From contig NC_090376.1 of NCBI RefSeq assembly GCF_036365525.1, positions 148,064,966 through 148,128,965 on the forward strand: a DNA stretch of 64,000 nt, read 5' to 3'. Both the position numbers and the translations under genes were made by a program. The notes below the pieces were generated by a model. The model ran no database searches and was not told where the DNA came from. It was given only the letters and a program-made list of their open reading frames with translations. Source of the stretch: Heterodontus francisci (Eukaryota). Positions 48,436-60,169 of the stretch are shown piece by piece. Each line of letters begins with the position of its first letter. Within the stretch, counting starts at the first letter, position 1.

Positions 48436-49620
48436 TTTCCTTTTTTTATTCATCCATGGGATGTGGGTGTCGCTGACAAGGCGAGCATTTATTGTTCATC
48501 CCTACTTGCCCTTGAGAAGGTGGTGGTGAGCCATGTTCTTGAACCTCTGCAGTCCATGGGTTTAGGTACACCCACAGTGCTGTTAGGGAGGGAGTTCCAG
48601 GATTTTGACCTGGCATCAGTTAAGGATTGGCAATATATTTCCAGATCTGGATGGTGTGTGAGTTGGAGGGGAACATGTAGGTGGTGGCATTGGCCATGTG
48701 TCTGCTGCCCTTGTTCTTCTAGGTGGTAGAGGTGGAGGGTTTAGAAGGTGCTGTTGAAGGAATCTTGGCAAATGGTTGTAATGTATTTTGTAGATTATAC
48801 ACACTGCAGCCACAGTACACCTGTAGTAGTAGCAGTGAATGTTTAAGGTGGTGGATGGAGTGTCAATCAAGCAGACTGCTTTGTCCTTCAGTGTTGTTGG
48901 GAGCTGCACTCATCTAGGTAATGGGGAATATTCCATCCCACTCCTGACTTGTGCCTTTTAGATGGTGGAAAGGGTTTCGGGAGTCAGGAGGTGAGTTACT
49001 CACTGCAGAATTCCCAGCTTCTGACTTGCTTTTGTAATCACTTTATGTATGTGGCAGGTCCAATTAATTTTCTCACCAATGGTGACCCTCAGAATGTTGA
49101 TGTTGGGAGATTCAGCGATGGTAATTCCATTGAATGGCATCAATAAGGACTAGTAAAATTGAAGTCAATGGGAATTGGGTGGAAAACTCTCCACTGCCTG
49201 GAGCTATACCTAACACCAAGGAAGAAAGTTAGGTTCTCTCTTGTTGGATAACGTCATTGCCTAGCACTTGTGGGATGCGAATGTTACTTGCCACTTACCA
49301 AATGAGTACCCCAATTCTGACCTTATAATGGGCGGAAAGTCATTGATGAAGCAGCTGAAGAAGATTGAGCCTGGGGCACTATCTTGAGGAGCTCCTGCAG
49401 CAATGTCCTGGGGCTGAGATGTTCGGCTTCCAACAACCACAATCACCTTCTTTTGTGCTAGGTATGACACCAACCAGTGGAGTGTTTTCACCTGATTCCC
49501 ATTGATTTAATTTTGCTAGGGCTCCTTGTGATGCACTCAGTCAAATACTGCCTTGATGTCAAGGGCAATCATTCTCACCTCAGCTCTGGAATTCAGCTCT
49601 TTTGCCTATGTTTGGAGAAA
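48436..49620 (-). mobile_element. Old family-B CR1/L2 LINE fragment, rearranged
   Basis: Similar to 60930-62183; AGAPQDSAPGSIFFSCFIND. Confidence 0.8.
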
Positions 49621-50457
49621 GACCGTCTAGCACTTGCAGCATGGCAGGTTCTGTGTCACTGCTTGCAATGATGAGGTGCTAGATAAGAAGCTGAAGAGGT
49701 CCAGCTTCTCGTGCCTTACCCAAGGAAGCAGAAACAAGAAAATGTTAAGAGAAAGTTCTCAGAGCTACATACTGGACAGCTGCCTTTGCAAAGAGGAAGG
49801 CATGGTACAGCTGATGTCTGGCAGATTGGATGTCAGCACTTGTGGAAATATGTAGAAAAAAGAATGAAACACAAAACAGTTCAGTGCTGGGCCATTGCCT
49901 CCTGATACACCATCGTTTGCTTTGATCTTCTGCATTCTCTAAAAACTCAATCTTTGCATTTACAGAGCACACTCTGTGTATCGAGTCACTTCCATGATTG
50001 TTGCTGTGTACCCCACTCCACTCAATAGTGGACGTCCACTGTTTGCTGTTGACAAAACAAGAGGAGAGGATAATAAAGGTCAGTATTTCTCTCCTGGCCT
50101 CTGCTCACCTCATATGTGCAGGTGCACTCCCTAGGGTCAGTGATGACAGAAAGATGCAGCATGCAGGTGGAAGTCAGTGAAATAGTTGATTCTGATTGTC
50201 CTGGTTTGATTTCCATGTGTTGGAGGAAAACAAAACAGCCAATTTCACACTGGAGCTTTTTGGACAGGTGTGGAAAGGTGCAGAAAAAGGGAATTAATAC
50301 ATGGGTAAGAAGTTTAAGATGGTACTATCATCAATAGATGCACAACAAAAATGAGAGGGCATTTTATTTCCATATATCTCTACTACTTTGCCTAAATGAA
50401 GCTTTCCCTATTCTTTGGCACTGTCCCCAAGCCACAGAACTGCTATTATTACCTTCT

Positions 50458-50830
50458 TTTAAAAAAAGTGCATCCTCATCCTCTCAAAACATTTTAAAAA
50501 GAAGGTGGGTCCTGCTGGTAAGGCCCATCCCAAATTGCCTTTGAGAAGGTGGTGGTAAGCCACCTTCTTAAATACAACTAGGCCATTACAGAGTGCAGTT
50601 GAGTCAACCACATTTCTGTGGGTCTGGAGACATTTATAGGCCAGCAGATTTCCTTCCCAAAAAGACATTAGTGAAGCAGATGAGTTTTTATGACAATCTA
50701 GTAGTTTCATGGTCACCATTCCTGGTACTAGTTTTTTTCTTGCAAATCTGTACCTCCAGATCATTAGCCCAGGTGTACAATAACGTATCAATAATGTGTC
50801 AATAACATAACCACCATGCTAGCATTGCCT
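50458..50830 (-). mobile_element. Decayed SINE with family-B tail
   Basis: Reverse-complement similarity to 35250-35290 and 35610-35823. Confidence 0.6.
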
Positions 50831-51309
50831 ATAACCTGTACTTATTCTCTAAGTTCCTTCACCACATATTGTTACCCAATGATGCATCCACTTCTCATTG
50901 CAGTTCCTCTTTGAATCTGTCCAAACTGATTTTTCACCTTCTAGAACATCGTGACCACCCTGATTACAGTCACCAATGACGTGACTACAAAGAGCTTATT
51001 GTCCGCCCTTGTCCTCCGTCACCTCTTCACACCCTTTGGCATTGCCTCTCTTCCATGGTCCACCCTCCTAGATTAATTCCTACCTGTCAATGTATCCACT
51101 ACATATTGGCAAACAGTTTCGACCTGCATTCCTATGTGGTCAGTTGTGGTGTATCCAAACTTTTATTCTTGGTGTCTTCTAATTTAACATCTACACACTG
51201 TCCCTCAAGGATAGTCTACACAATGACAACCAACACTACCTCTCCACCATCATCATTGAATCCAAGGCAATTTCTGAAGAGTCCAATTGTTTGTTTAATA
51301 TCAAAACAA

Positions 51310-51830
51310 CAACAAAAACTTGCATTTATATAGCAACTTCAGCATAACAAAAAGTCCCCAGGCACTTCATGGGAGCATTATAAAATAAAATATGACTCTG
51401 AGGCACATAAGGAGCTATTATGACAGATGACTAAAAGCTTAGTCAAAGAGGTTGGTTTTAAACAGTGTCTTAAAGGAGGAAAGTGGGATAGCGAGGTGGA
51501 GAAGTTTAGGGAGGAATTCCAGAGCATAGTGCCCAGGCAGCTGAAGGCACGGCCTGCAATGGTGGAGCAATTAAAATCAAGGATGCTCAAGGGAGCCGAA
51601 TTAGAGGACTGCAGATATTTCAGAGAGTTGTGGGGATGGAGGAGATTACAGAGATCGGGACAGGTGAGGCTATGGAAGGATTTGATAACAAGGATGAGAA
51701 TTTTAAATTGAGGTCTTGTTTAACTGGGAGCCAGTGTAGATCAGCAAGGATAAGGATGATGGGTGAACATGATTTGGTGCAAGTTGGGCAACAGAGTTTA
51801 GGATGACCTCAAGTTTACAGAATTTACGGT
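51310..51830 (-). mobile_element. L2 LINE 3' fragment
   Basis: STIAGRAFSCLGTMLWNS...LKPTSL (ORF 51378..51590); 3' end GCTATATAAATGCAAGTT(TTG)n. Confidence 0.75.
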
Positions 51831-52995
51831 GCTTGAATAAGTTGGAATTTTGTTCAGTTCAATATTGACAGAGCCATCCTTTTCAATCCTGGGAAGTACC
51901 TCCAGGCCTCTGGTTCCAGTTCCATGAAGTTCTATGTTGTAATTTCAAGCAGGTGTAATGTAACCCTAACATTCTTCTGGAACCTAACTTTCACACTCTG
52001 CATTTGGTTAGTCATCAAGACAATATTGTTCCACCATTTTTTTTATATTGATTTGCTATTTATGCTTCTCTCTCCTTTGTAAACATGCTCTCAGATGCAC
52101 CGATACGTGAAGAGTACTATATAAATGCAAATTGATATTGTTTAGTGTTGTAATGATGCAGCTGAGTCTCAATTTATAACTCCTCTACTTTGTTTATATA
52201 CATTCTTTGTTATTATGATATTTTGCTAACTTTCCTGAAGACCTGTTTTTTACTCGCTAAATTTCATTTTGAAACATTCTATATAGCAGAAATATGAATA
52301 ATTGTGAGATTTGATTTGAGGATTGCAGGCGTCTTCCAGAAATGACTTCATAGTTTGATAATACTATTCAAAGCAGTGTTTAGCATTTTTATTACACTGC
52401 GAGACTGGATATTTTTCAGCTATGTTCATATATTATAACAGGTTATGTGTTACGTTTAACATTCTAGCACAGGTACTTTCAAAGTTATAATATTCAAAGC
52501 CAAGTCATGGACATATTTCTTCTTCAGAAATCTACTACTTATTATAGTTTGGGACAAGTCTTTTTGCTGTTGACTGATCTCTACAAAATGTTTTAAATAA
52601 TGGTTGTGACTGACAATAACAATACAAAAGGGAAGTACTGTCAGAAGTCAGAAGAGTACAGGCAACAGGGCAAATGCAAGAAGACACTGTGGAAGAAACC
52701 GATGTGGCTCATCAAACAATTGCTGAGCCACTTAAATCAAATTCATTCTCAGCAGGTTTAGAGCTGAATCTAGTCAGTGGTGACATCATGCCTGGTGACA
52801 TCAAACACTTTGAACTAGCAAGGAATTTTTGGGATCTTGGCAATTATTTGTCACGAGTGTAACTTCAGCCACAATTATATTACACAATCACTCAGAAGCT
52901 GTTAGCTATGGAGGACAACTGGAACGTTCAGGGTTATGCTGTAGGCTCCAGCTCATACTCTGCAGAGTTTTTGCAGAGCTCTAATGCGAGGTTAG

Positions 52996-55900
52996 TTCTT
53001 CTTCTTCTTCAGCCTCCTTGTCTCGGGAGATAATGAGTAAGCGCCTGCAGGTGGTCAGTGGTTTGTGGAGCAGCGCCTGGAGTGGCTAAAAAGGCGAATA
53101 CTATAGTGACAGACTCTTCCACAGGTGCTGCAGATAAAATTGGTTGTCAGGGCTGTTTCGCAGTTGGCTCTCCCCTTGCGCTTCTGTCTTTTTTCCTGCC
53201 AACTGCTAAGTCTCTTCGACTCGCCACACTTTAGCCCCGCCTTTATGGCTGCCCGCTAGCTCTGGCGATCGCTGGCAACTGACTCCCACGACTTATGATC
53301 AATGTCACAGGACTTCACGTTGCGTTTGCAAACGTCTTTAAAGCGGAGACATGGACGGCCAGTGGGTTTGATACCAGTGGCGAGCTCACTGTACAATGTG
53401 TCCTTGGGGATCCTGCCATTTCCATGGGCTCACATGGCCAAGCCATCTCAAGCGCCGCTGACTCAGTAGGGTGTATAAGCTGGGGATGTTGGCCGCCTCG
53501 AGGACTTCTGTGTTGGCGATACGGTCCTGCCACCTGATGCCAAAGATTCTCCAGAGGCAGCGAAGATGGAATGAATTGAGACGTCGCTCTTGGCTGACAT
53601 ACGTTGTCCAGGCCTCGCTGCCGTAGAGCAAGGTACTGAGGTCACAGGCTTGATACACGCGGACTTTTGTGTTCCGTATCAGTGCGCCATTTTCCCACAC
53701 TCTCTTGCCAAGTCTGGACATAGCAGTGGAAGCCTTTCCCATGCCCTTGTTTATTTCTGCATCGAGAGACAGGTTACTGTGATAGTTGAGCCTAGGTAGG
53801 TGAACTCTTGAACCACTTCCAGAGCGTGGTTGCCAATATTGATGGATGGAGCATTACTGACATCCTATCCCATGATGTTTGTTTTCTTGAGGCTGATGGT
53901 TAGGCCATATTCATTGCAGGCAGCCGCAAACCTGTCGATGAGATTCTGCAGCCACTCTTCAGTGTGAGATGTTAATGCAGCATCGTCAGCAAAGAGGAGT
54001 TCCCTGATGAGGACTTTCCGTACTTTCGTCTTCGCTCTTAGATGGGCAAGGTTGAACAACCTGCCACCTGATCTTGCGTGGAGGAAAATTCCTTCTTCTG
54101 AAGACTTGAACGCATGTGAGAGCAGCAGGGAGAAGAAAATCCCAAAAAGTGTGGGTGCGAGAACACAGCCCTGTTTCACGCCACTCAGGATAGGAAAGGG
54201 GTCTGATGCGGTGCCGCTATGCTGAAGTGTGCCTTTCATATTGTCATGGAATGAGGTGATGATACTTAATAGCTTTGGTGGACATCCGATCTTTTCTCGT
54301 AGTCTGAAGAGACCGCGTCTGCTGAAAAGGTCAAAGGCTTTGGTGAGATCAATGAAAGCAACGTAGAGGGGCATCTGTTGTTCACGGCATTTCTCCTGTA
54401 GCTGACGAAGGGAGAACATGTCAATGGTCGATCTCCCTGCTCGAAAGCCACACTGTGCCTCAAGGTAGACACCCTCGGCCAGCTTCTGGAGCCTGTTTAA
54501 AGAGACTCGACCGAAGACTTTCCCCACTATGCTGAGCAGGGACATTCCACGGTAGCTGTTGCAGTCACTGCGGTCACCTTTGTTCTTATAGAGGGTGATG
54601 ATATTGGCATCGCGCATGTCCTGTGGTACTGCTCCCTCATCCCAGCACAGGCAAAGTCGTTCGTAGAGTGCTGAGAGTATAGCAGGCTTAGCAGTCTTAA
54701 TTATTTCAGGGGTAATGCCGTCCTTCCCAGGGGCTTTTCCGCTGGCTAGAGAATCAACGGCATTACTGAGTTCCGATTTTGTTGGCTGTACGTCCAGCTC
54801 AACCATGACTGGCAGAGACTGGGCTGCATTGAGGGCGGTCTCAGCGACAACATTCTCCCTGGAGTACAGTTCTAGGTAGTGCTCAACCCAGCGGTCCATT
54901 TGCTTGCGTTGGTCAGTGATTGTGTCCCCTGATTTAGATTTGAAGGGGGCGATCTTCTTGATGGTTGGCCCAAAAGCTCTCTTAATGCCATCATACATTC
55001 CTCTGATGTTTCCGGTGTCTGAGGCCAGCTGAATATGACTGCATAGGTGTTGCCAGTAGTCATTTGCGCAGCGCCTGGCTGTTCTTTGTGAAGCGCTTCT
55101 AGCTGATTTAAGTGCTACGGATGTTAACTCGCTGGGGGCTTTCTTGCAGTTCAACAGTGCAATGCGCTTAGCGACTATGACAGGTTCCAGCTCTTCAGAG
55201 TGAGATTGAAACCAGTCTGCATTCCGCTTCACGCGTTTGCCATAGGTGGTCATAGCTGACTCATAGATGGCGTCTCTGATGTGGGCCCACTTGCTCTCTG
55301 CATCCCCTGTGGGAGTGTTTTGAAGGGCTTTTTCAAGGGAATTAAAAATTTTTTGTAACAACTGTGGATAAGAAATTCTGCTGGTGTTGATGCGCGGGTG
55401 GCCCTTCTGCTTGGAGTGATGCAGCTTCTTTGGTTTGAGGCTAACCTTGCTGCACACCAGGGAGTGTCAGTGTCGCAGTCCGCACTGTGGAAGCTGCGTG
55501 TGGTTTGAACGCTGTCTAAAGAGGCTCGCCTTGTGACGATGAGGTCCAGCTGGTGCCAACGACGTGATCTTGGGTGCCTCCAAGAAACATGGTGACAGGG
55601 TTTATTGTGAAAGAACGAGTTGGTGATGCAGAGGTTATGATAGGTACACAACTCAAGCAGTCTCTGTCCATTCTCATTCATCCTTCCAATGCCATAGCGC
55701 CCAAGGCAGGAGGGCCATGAGTCATGGTCGGTCCCAACCCTGGCATTAAAGTCCCCCAGCAGGAACAGATGTTCGGTATTGGGGATGCTACTAATGATAT
55801 TCTGGAGTTCCTCGTAGAACTGGTCTTTAGCTTCAGGTGAGGAGCAGAGTGTTGGAGCATAGATGCTGAGTAGGTTTACTGGACCAGAGGTGGTGAGCAG

Positions 55901-56740
55901 TCGGACAGTATGCGTTCTGAGCCATTTGAAGGTGGCTCTATCATGCTGAGCAAGGAGTTTCTGATGGCGAAGCCCACTCCATGCTGTCTTGGTTCTTCAG
56001 GATCCCTACCCTGCCAGAAGAAGGTGTAGTCTTGCTCTCGCAGGGAGGTGTGTCTCCTGAAGTGCTGCAATGTCCACATTGAGTCTGCTGAGCTCGTTGT
56101 GAATGATGGCGGTCTTCCGAGAATCGTTGATTTGTGTAAGGTCTTCCGACAGGCCAGGACACATAGTTCTGACGTTCCAGCTTGCAAAACGAAGGGCTGG
56201 TATCTTCTTTCCTTTTTTTATCGTGCTGTTTGGTGCGGTGTTGCAGTCCACTTTTCAGGCTCCAAGCACCCATTGAAGCAGGTGGACTGTGGCGGGACAG
56301 AACCTTATTGACCGGGGCTGCCCGGTTTGAGGCGGGCGGTAGCTGTCCAGTGAGGTGCGATGACCTCTCCCACCGACAAAGGCAACCCGTGGCGCCCAAT
56401 CTCTATGCCAATTGAGCTGGACTTATAACCTGTAACTGCTGCCTTCCGTGTTGTTTTGGTTGCTGTGAGGCGCCTATGGAGTGACCTCTCCATGGCGCAT
56501 GCCTGGGCGAATGTATGGGGGTTGTGAATTGCCCAAGCATCAAAACCCCCCTCTCGGCCTTTCTGGTGGCGTCCAAAGGAGTGCAGAGAACGACGTTTGG
56601 CACTGGTATGGCTGCAGGAACTGCTGGAAACATGCCAAAGGTGACACATGACCAACTACGGGGTTCCGCTCCGGATTTTCTGTTAGGGTTTACTCCCTTA
56701 GCCTTGGACTCTCCCAAGATGCCCACAAGGCAGTGGGGTT
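52996..56740 (-). mobile_element. Near full-length RTE-clade LINE
   Basis: About 480-nt 5'UTR, EN, RT, (GAA)5 tail at 52996-53010; possible 5-bp TSD GTTAG (52991-52995, 56741-56745). Confidence 0.92.
53030..56251 (-). pseudogene. RTE EN-RT polyprotein with frameshifts
   Basis: ALRFASWNVRTM, DIAALQET, HQLDLI..DCDTD, KAPGKDGI, FIDLTKAFD, GVKQGCVLAP, LFADDAAL, LLYGSEAW; longest piece 53865..55457 (530 aa). Confidence 0.9.
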
Positions 56741-56764
56741 GTTAGGGCCCTTGCTCAGGGATAG

Positions 56765-56915
56765 GTGGATGTTGGTGGGAGGAGGGGGTGCGAGGGGGAG
56801 GGATAGAGGGAAGGGGGTGCGAGGGGGAGCTGGGAAGGAGGCTGCAGGGTGGTAGGGAGGAGTGCAGGGGAAGGGGGTGCGGGGGGAAGATGGTGCGAGG
56901 GGGGAGCAGATGGGA
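56765..56915 (+). repeat. G-rich degenerate repeat (AGGGGGTGCGAGGGGGAG-like, about 4 units)
   Basis: Visible directly in the sequence. Confidence 0.7.
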
Positions 56916-57318
56916 GCAGACGGCCATGGATAGAGTTGCACAGCAAGGGAGCTTCCCAGGGAGCTTGCAGCCCAGGAGCCATCTTGGAAGGTCATCCTAA
57001 CTACAAGTTAACAGCTAGTTTAATGTTACCTGGGCCCACTGCCCTCTCCCAGCCTTACCTGCTCTTTGCTTCCTTCATTGAGCACTGAATTTTGCTGAAA
57101 TTGACATCCAGTTTTCTGGACACCTAGGCTACACTTCTCTACCGGACAGAATTATAGCTGGTGATACTCTGATCTTCTATTCTGTTGTCTTCATTGTCCA
57201 GAGCGTCCGCGGCCACGGCCACGGCGTGCAGTAAGTCCAGTGCAGAGAGGCAGAGAGGAAGGAGCAGCAGAACCCTAGGGTAATAAGACCAAGTACAGAG
57301 GGGAAGCATTGAGAAAAA

Positions 57319-57519
57319 GGTGCCCCCAAACACGTAAAAAGTCACGACCCGGCCCCTGTTGACTCCATCGCGGAACGGCTCCTCGGCCACAACTTCAAAG
57401 CGCCCGCGGGAGATGTGCGGCTCGTAGTGCATCTGCAGCGCAATGTCAGCGAATTCCTGCTGATACTGGCGCCCGAGGCTGTCGCCCACCTCCCAGAGGA
57501 CGCGGATGAGCTGTGACTC
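57319..57519 (-). pseudogene. BCL2: BCL2-like gene fragment (BH3 through BH1), 67 codons
   Basis: LIRVLWEVGDSLGRQYQQEFADIALQMHYEPHISRGRFEVVAEEPFRDGVNRGRVVTFYVFGG aligns without gaps to recalled human BCL2 [63 protein letters not shown]; no BH4, BH2 or native TM; TAG immediately upstream. BCL2 versus a close paralog is not certain. Confidence 0.85.
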
Positions 57520-57524
57520 CTAGC

Positions 57525-57612
57525 TGCAAAGATTTTATGAAGATATGAAACAGGTTGCAAAGCAGACCCCTGTGGGACTCCATTGGTAACAATCTCCCAG
57601 GCTGATAACAAT
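57525..57612 (-). mobile_element. Old CR1 RT remnant flanking the BCL2-like insert
   Basis: SAWEIVTNGVPQGSALQP then (frameshift) LFHIFIKSL, matching CR1 [21 protein letters not shown]. Confidence 0.65.
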
Positions 57613-57644
57613 TGATGTGTGGCAGTGGTTTTGTGCCTTTGTCA

Positions 57645-57962
57645 TTTATTTATTTAGAGATACAGCACTTAAACAGGCCTTTCGGCCCACCGAGTCTGTG
57701 CCGACCAAGAACCACCCATTTATACTAACCCGACAGTAATCCCATATTCCCTAACACCTACCTGCACTCGGGGCAATTTACAATGGCCAATTTACCTATC
57801 ACCTGCAAGTCTTTGGCGGTGGAAGGAAACCGGAGCACCCGGCAAAAACCCACACAGTCACAGGGAGAAATTGCAAACTCCGCACAGGCAGTACCCAGAA
57901 TTGAACCTGGGTCTCTGAAGTTGTGAGGCTGCGGTGCTAACCACTGCGCCACTGTGCCACCC
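57645..57962 (-). mobile_element. HE1-like V-SINE, full length
   Basis: Reverse complement of 35297-35607; GGGTGGCACAGTGGCGCAGTGGTTAGC head, (TAAA)n tail. Confidence 0.88.
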
Positions 57963-58889
57963 TATTTATCTTTATGAGGAATCCTGTTAAACACAGCAGC
58001 AACCGACACACCAGGCACAAAGAGATCTTCTGGGATGGTGGGAACTGACGAAATGTTTTATTACCTGCACCCTCTTCCCCCACTCCCTCCCCCCCTCGCA
58101 ACCCCTTCCCAGCCAGGTTAGTTTATAACTATATATGTGTTTATATGTGAGCAGGAGATGTAACAGATCACCTTAAAGCATGTTCAACCTACATTGGACT
58201 GGATACAAGCCCAAGCGGTGTGAGATGATTTTGTAGAGGAGTCTCATGCTACTTGGTTTATAATCAAACTTGGATAATAATCAATTCACTGAGTAACTCA
58301 GTATGAATAATTTGACTCCATGAATGACAATGCATGACATGTGCACATTCTCCTTTAATACAATAAATTCCAAAGTGAATAGAAGCCTGATTACTCTTTT
58401 CACACACTGTCCTTCCCCTTGGTGATTAAACATGATCTTTTCCAGTGCTTATTTTAGATGAAGCCTAAGAGCCAGAATCATAAGAGGTGCTACAAAAGGC
58501 TTGTCGACTGATGAACTTCCTCTTCTAGTTGGTTGCTCCCGGGAAGCAGTGGCTGCTTACAATATATGTGGAGCTTCTGCCTGTGCAGTGTGGTGTTGTC
58601 TCGTTTTCTCATACATGACACTGGTATGGTGCTTTTGGGCGGATAGGCCAGATGCCTAATGTGCAGCTGTGACTGTTCCCTGGACCTGTGTGGTCACTGA
58701 TCAATGGGATCGCTGGTCTAATAGCAGATAGCAGATCCTAAAGTCCCTGAGAGATGGTGGACTGCATTGGAGCTGCTATGACCTAAAGTGGATGCACAGG
58801 AAGCTGTCCAAGCTCTTTCCTACCACTACAAAAACTGCAATCTGTTCTTATATGGGTGTGGAAGCACTGACTCATCTCTGGCAGTTTCT

Positions 58890-60094
58890 GTGGCGGTCAC
58901 CCGAGCCATTTTCTGCTTCATCTGGGGATCTAAAATGGACCGGGTCCGGAGAGACACGATGTTCAAATCTCTGGATAAGGGCGGGAAAAATGTACCCAAC
59001 GTGGCCCTCATCCTGATGACCACCTTCGTGTGCGGCTGCATCAAGCTGTGTGTAGACCTCCAGTATGCAAACTCCAAGTGTCACTACGTGCTGAGGTTCT
59101 ATCTGTCCCCGGCATTGCTCAGGATGGGCCTGGTCACATTGCCGCGGAACGCTCCATGCAGTTGGACTGTGCCATACCACCTATCCTTCGTGGAGCAGTT
59201 TCTGTGGGAAAACACCTTTGACCACCGCTCCATCAGGCAGTGGTCTGCACGGAATGTCCTCAAGGCCCTACGGGAAAAGGAGACAGGGGATCCTGTCGGA
59301 TGGTTCCCCGAGCAGAACATCAAAGTCATTTGGCGGAATGCCTCATCACCAGAACTTTCAAACAAGCTTGGCTGGTGGTGAGAAGGGCCCTCCCCGTCAG
59401 ATCCTTCATGCACGCCCGAAGTCTTGCCCCCTCTGCACAATGCCCCCGCAGTGGCTGTGGTGGGGAAGAGACGGTTGCCCACCTCCTCCTGGAATGTGTC
59501 TTTGCAAAGCAGGTGTGGAAAGAGGTGCAGTGGTTTTTGTCGAGGTTCATCCCAAGCAGCTCTGTAACACAGGGGTCTGTGTTCTATGGGCTGTTCCCAG
59601 GGACGCACACCGAGACAAACATTAACTGCTGCTGGAGGACTATCAATTCGGTGAAAGACACCCTTTGGTCTGCCCAAAACTTGCTGGCCTTCCAGCGCAA
59701 AGAGTTGTCCACGACCGAATGTTGCAGACTGACACATTCCAAGGTCCAGGACTACGTGCTGAGGGACGCACTAAAGCTTGGGGCAGCCGCAGAAAAGGCT
59801 CAATGGGGAAAGACCACAGTGTAAGGTCCCCCCACCAAGCTGAACTGAGGGGCTGGATCCATGGGAAACCCCTCGAACTGTATCGGAGAAATTTTGTGTG
59901 CTGTAAATGTAAAAATGTATATGGCATGACAATGAAATGACAATGAGTTGTGAGGCAACTCATGATTGTATAGTAGGAAACTGATCACCTTTGCACTGTT
60001 TGTATTTTTTGACTTGATGCTGTTTTAAACTGTTTGGGAAAGTAATTTTTACAGATTTTTATGAATGAAGTATATTTTGGAAATAAAAAATAAT
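58890..60094 (+). mobile_element. Tx1/L1-clade LINE copy 4 (3' 1.2 kb)
   Basis: Matches copy 1 from 5879 to the tail; deletion/frameshift near 59367; 15-bp TSD TCTCTGGCAGTTTCT (58875-58889, 60095-60109). Confidence 0.93.
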
Positions 60095-60169
60095 TCTCTG
60101 GCAGTTTCTTAGTTTGGGGGTTCAGCAGATTCCAATAAAATTAACTCTGCAAGGCGCTGACCCTGGGAG

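Noticed and set aside
58788-59381. 197-aa ORF with a unique N-terminus
   Set aside because: Flanking DNA happens to be in frame with truncated Tx1 copy 4; GTG start, no sign of domestication.
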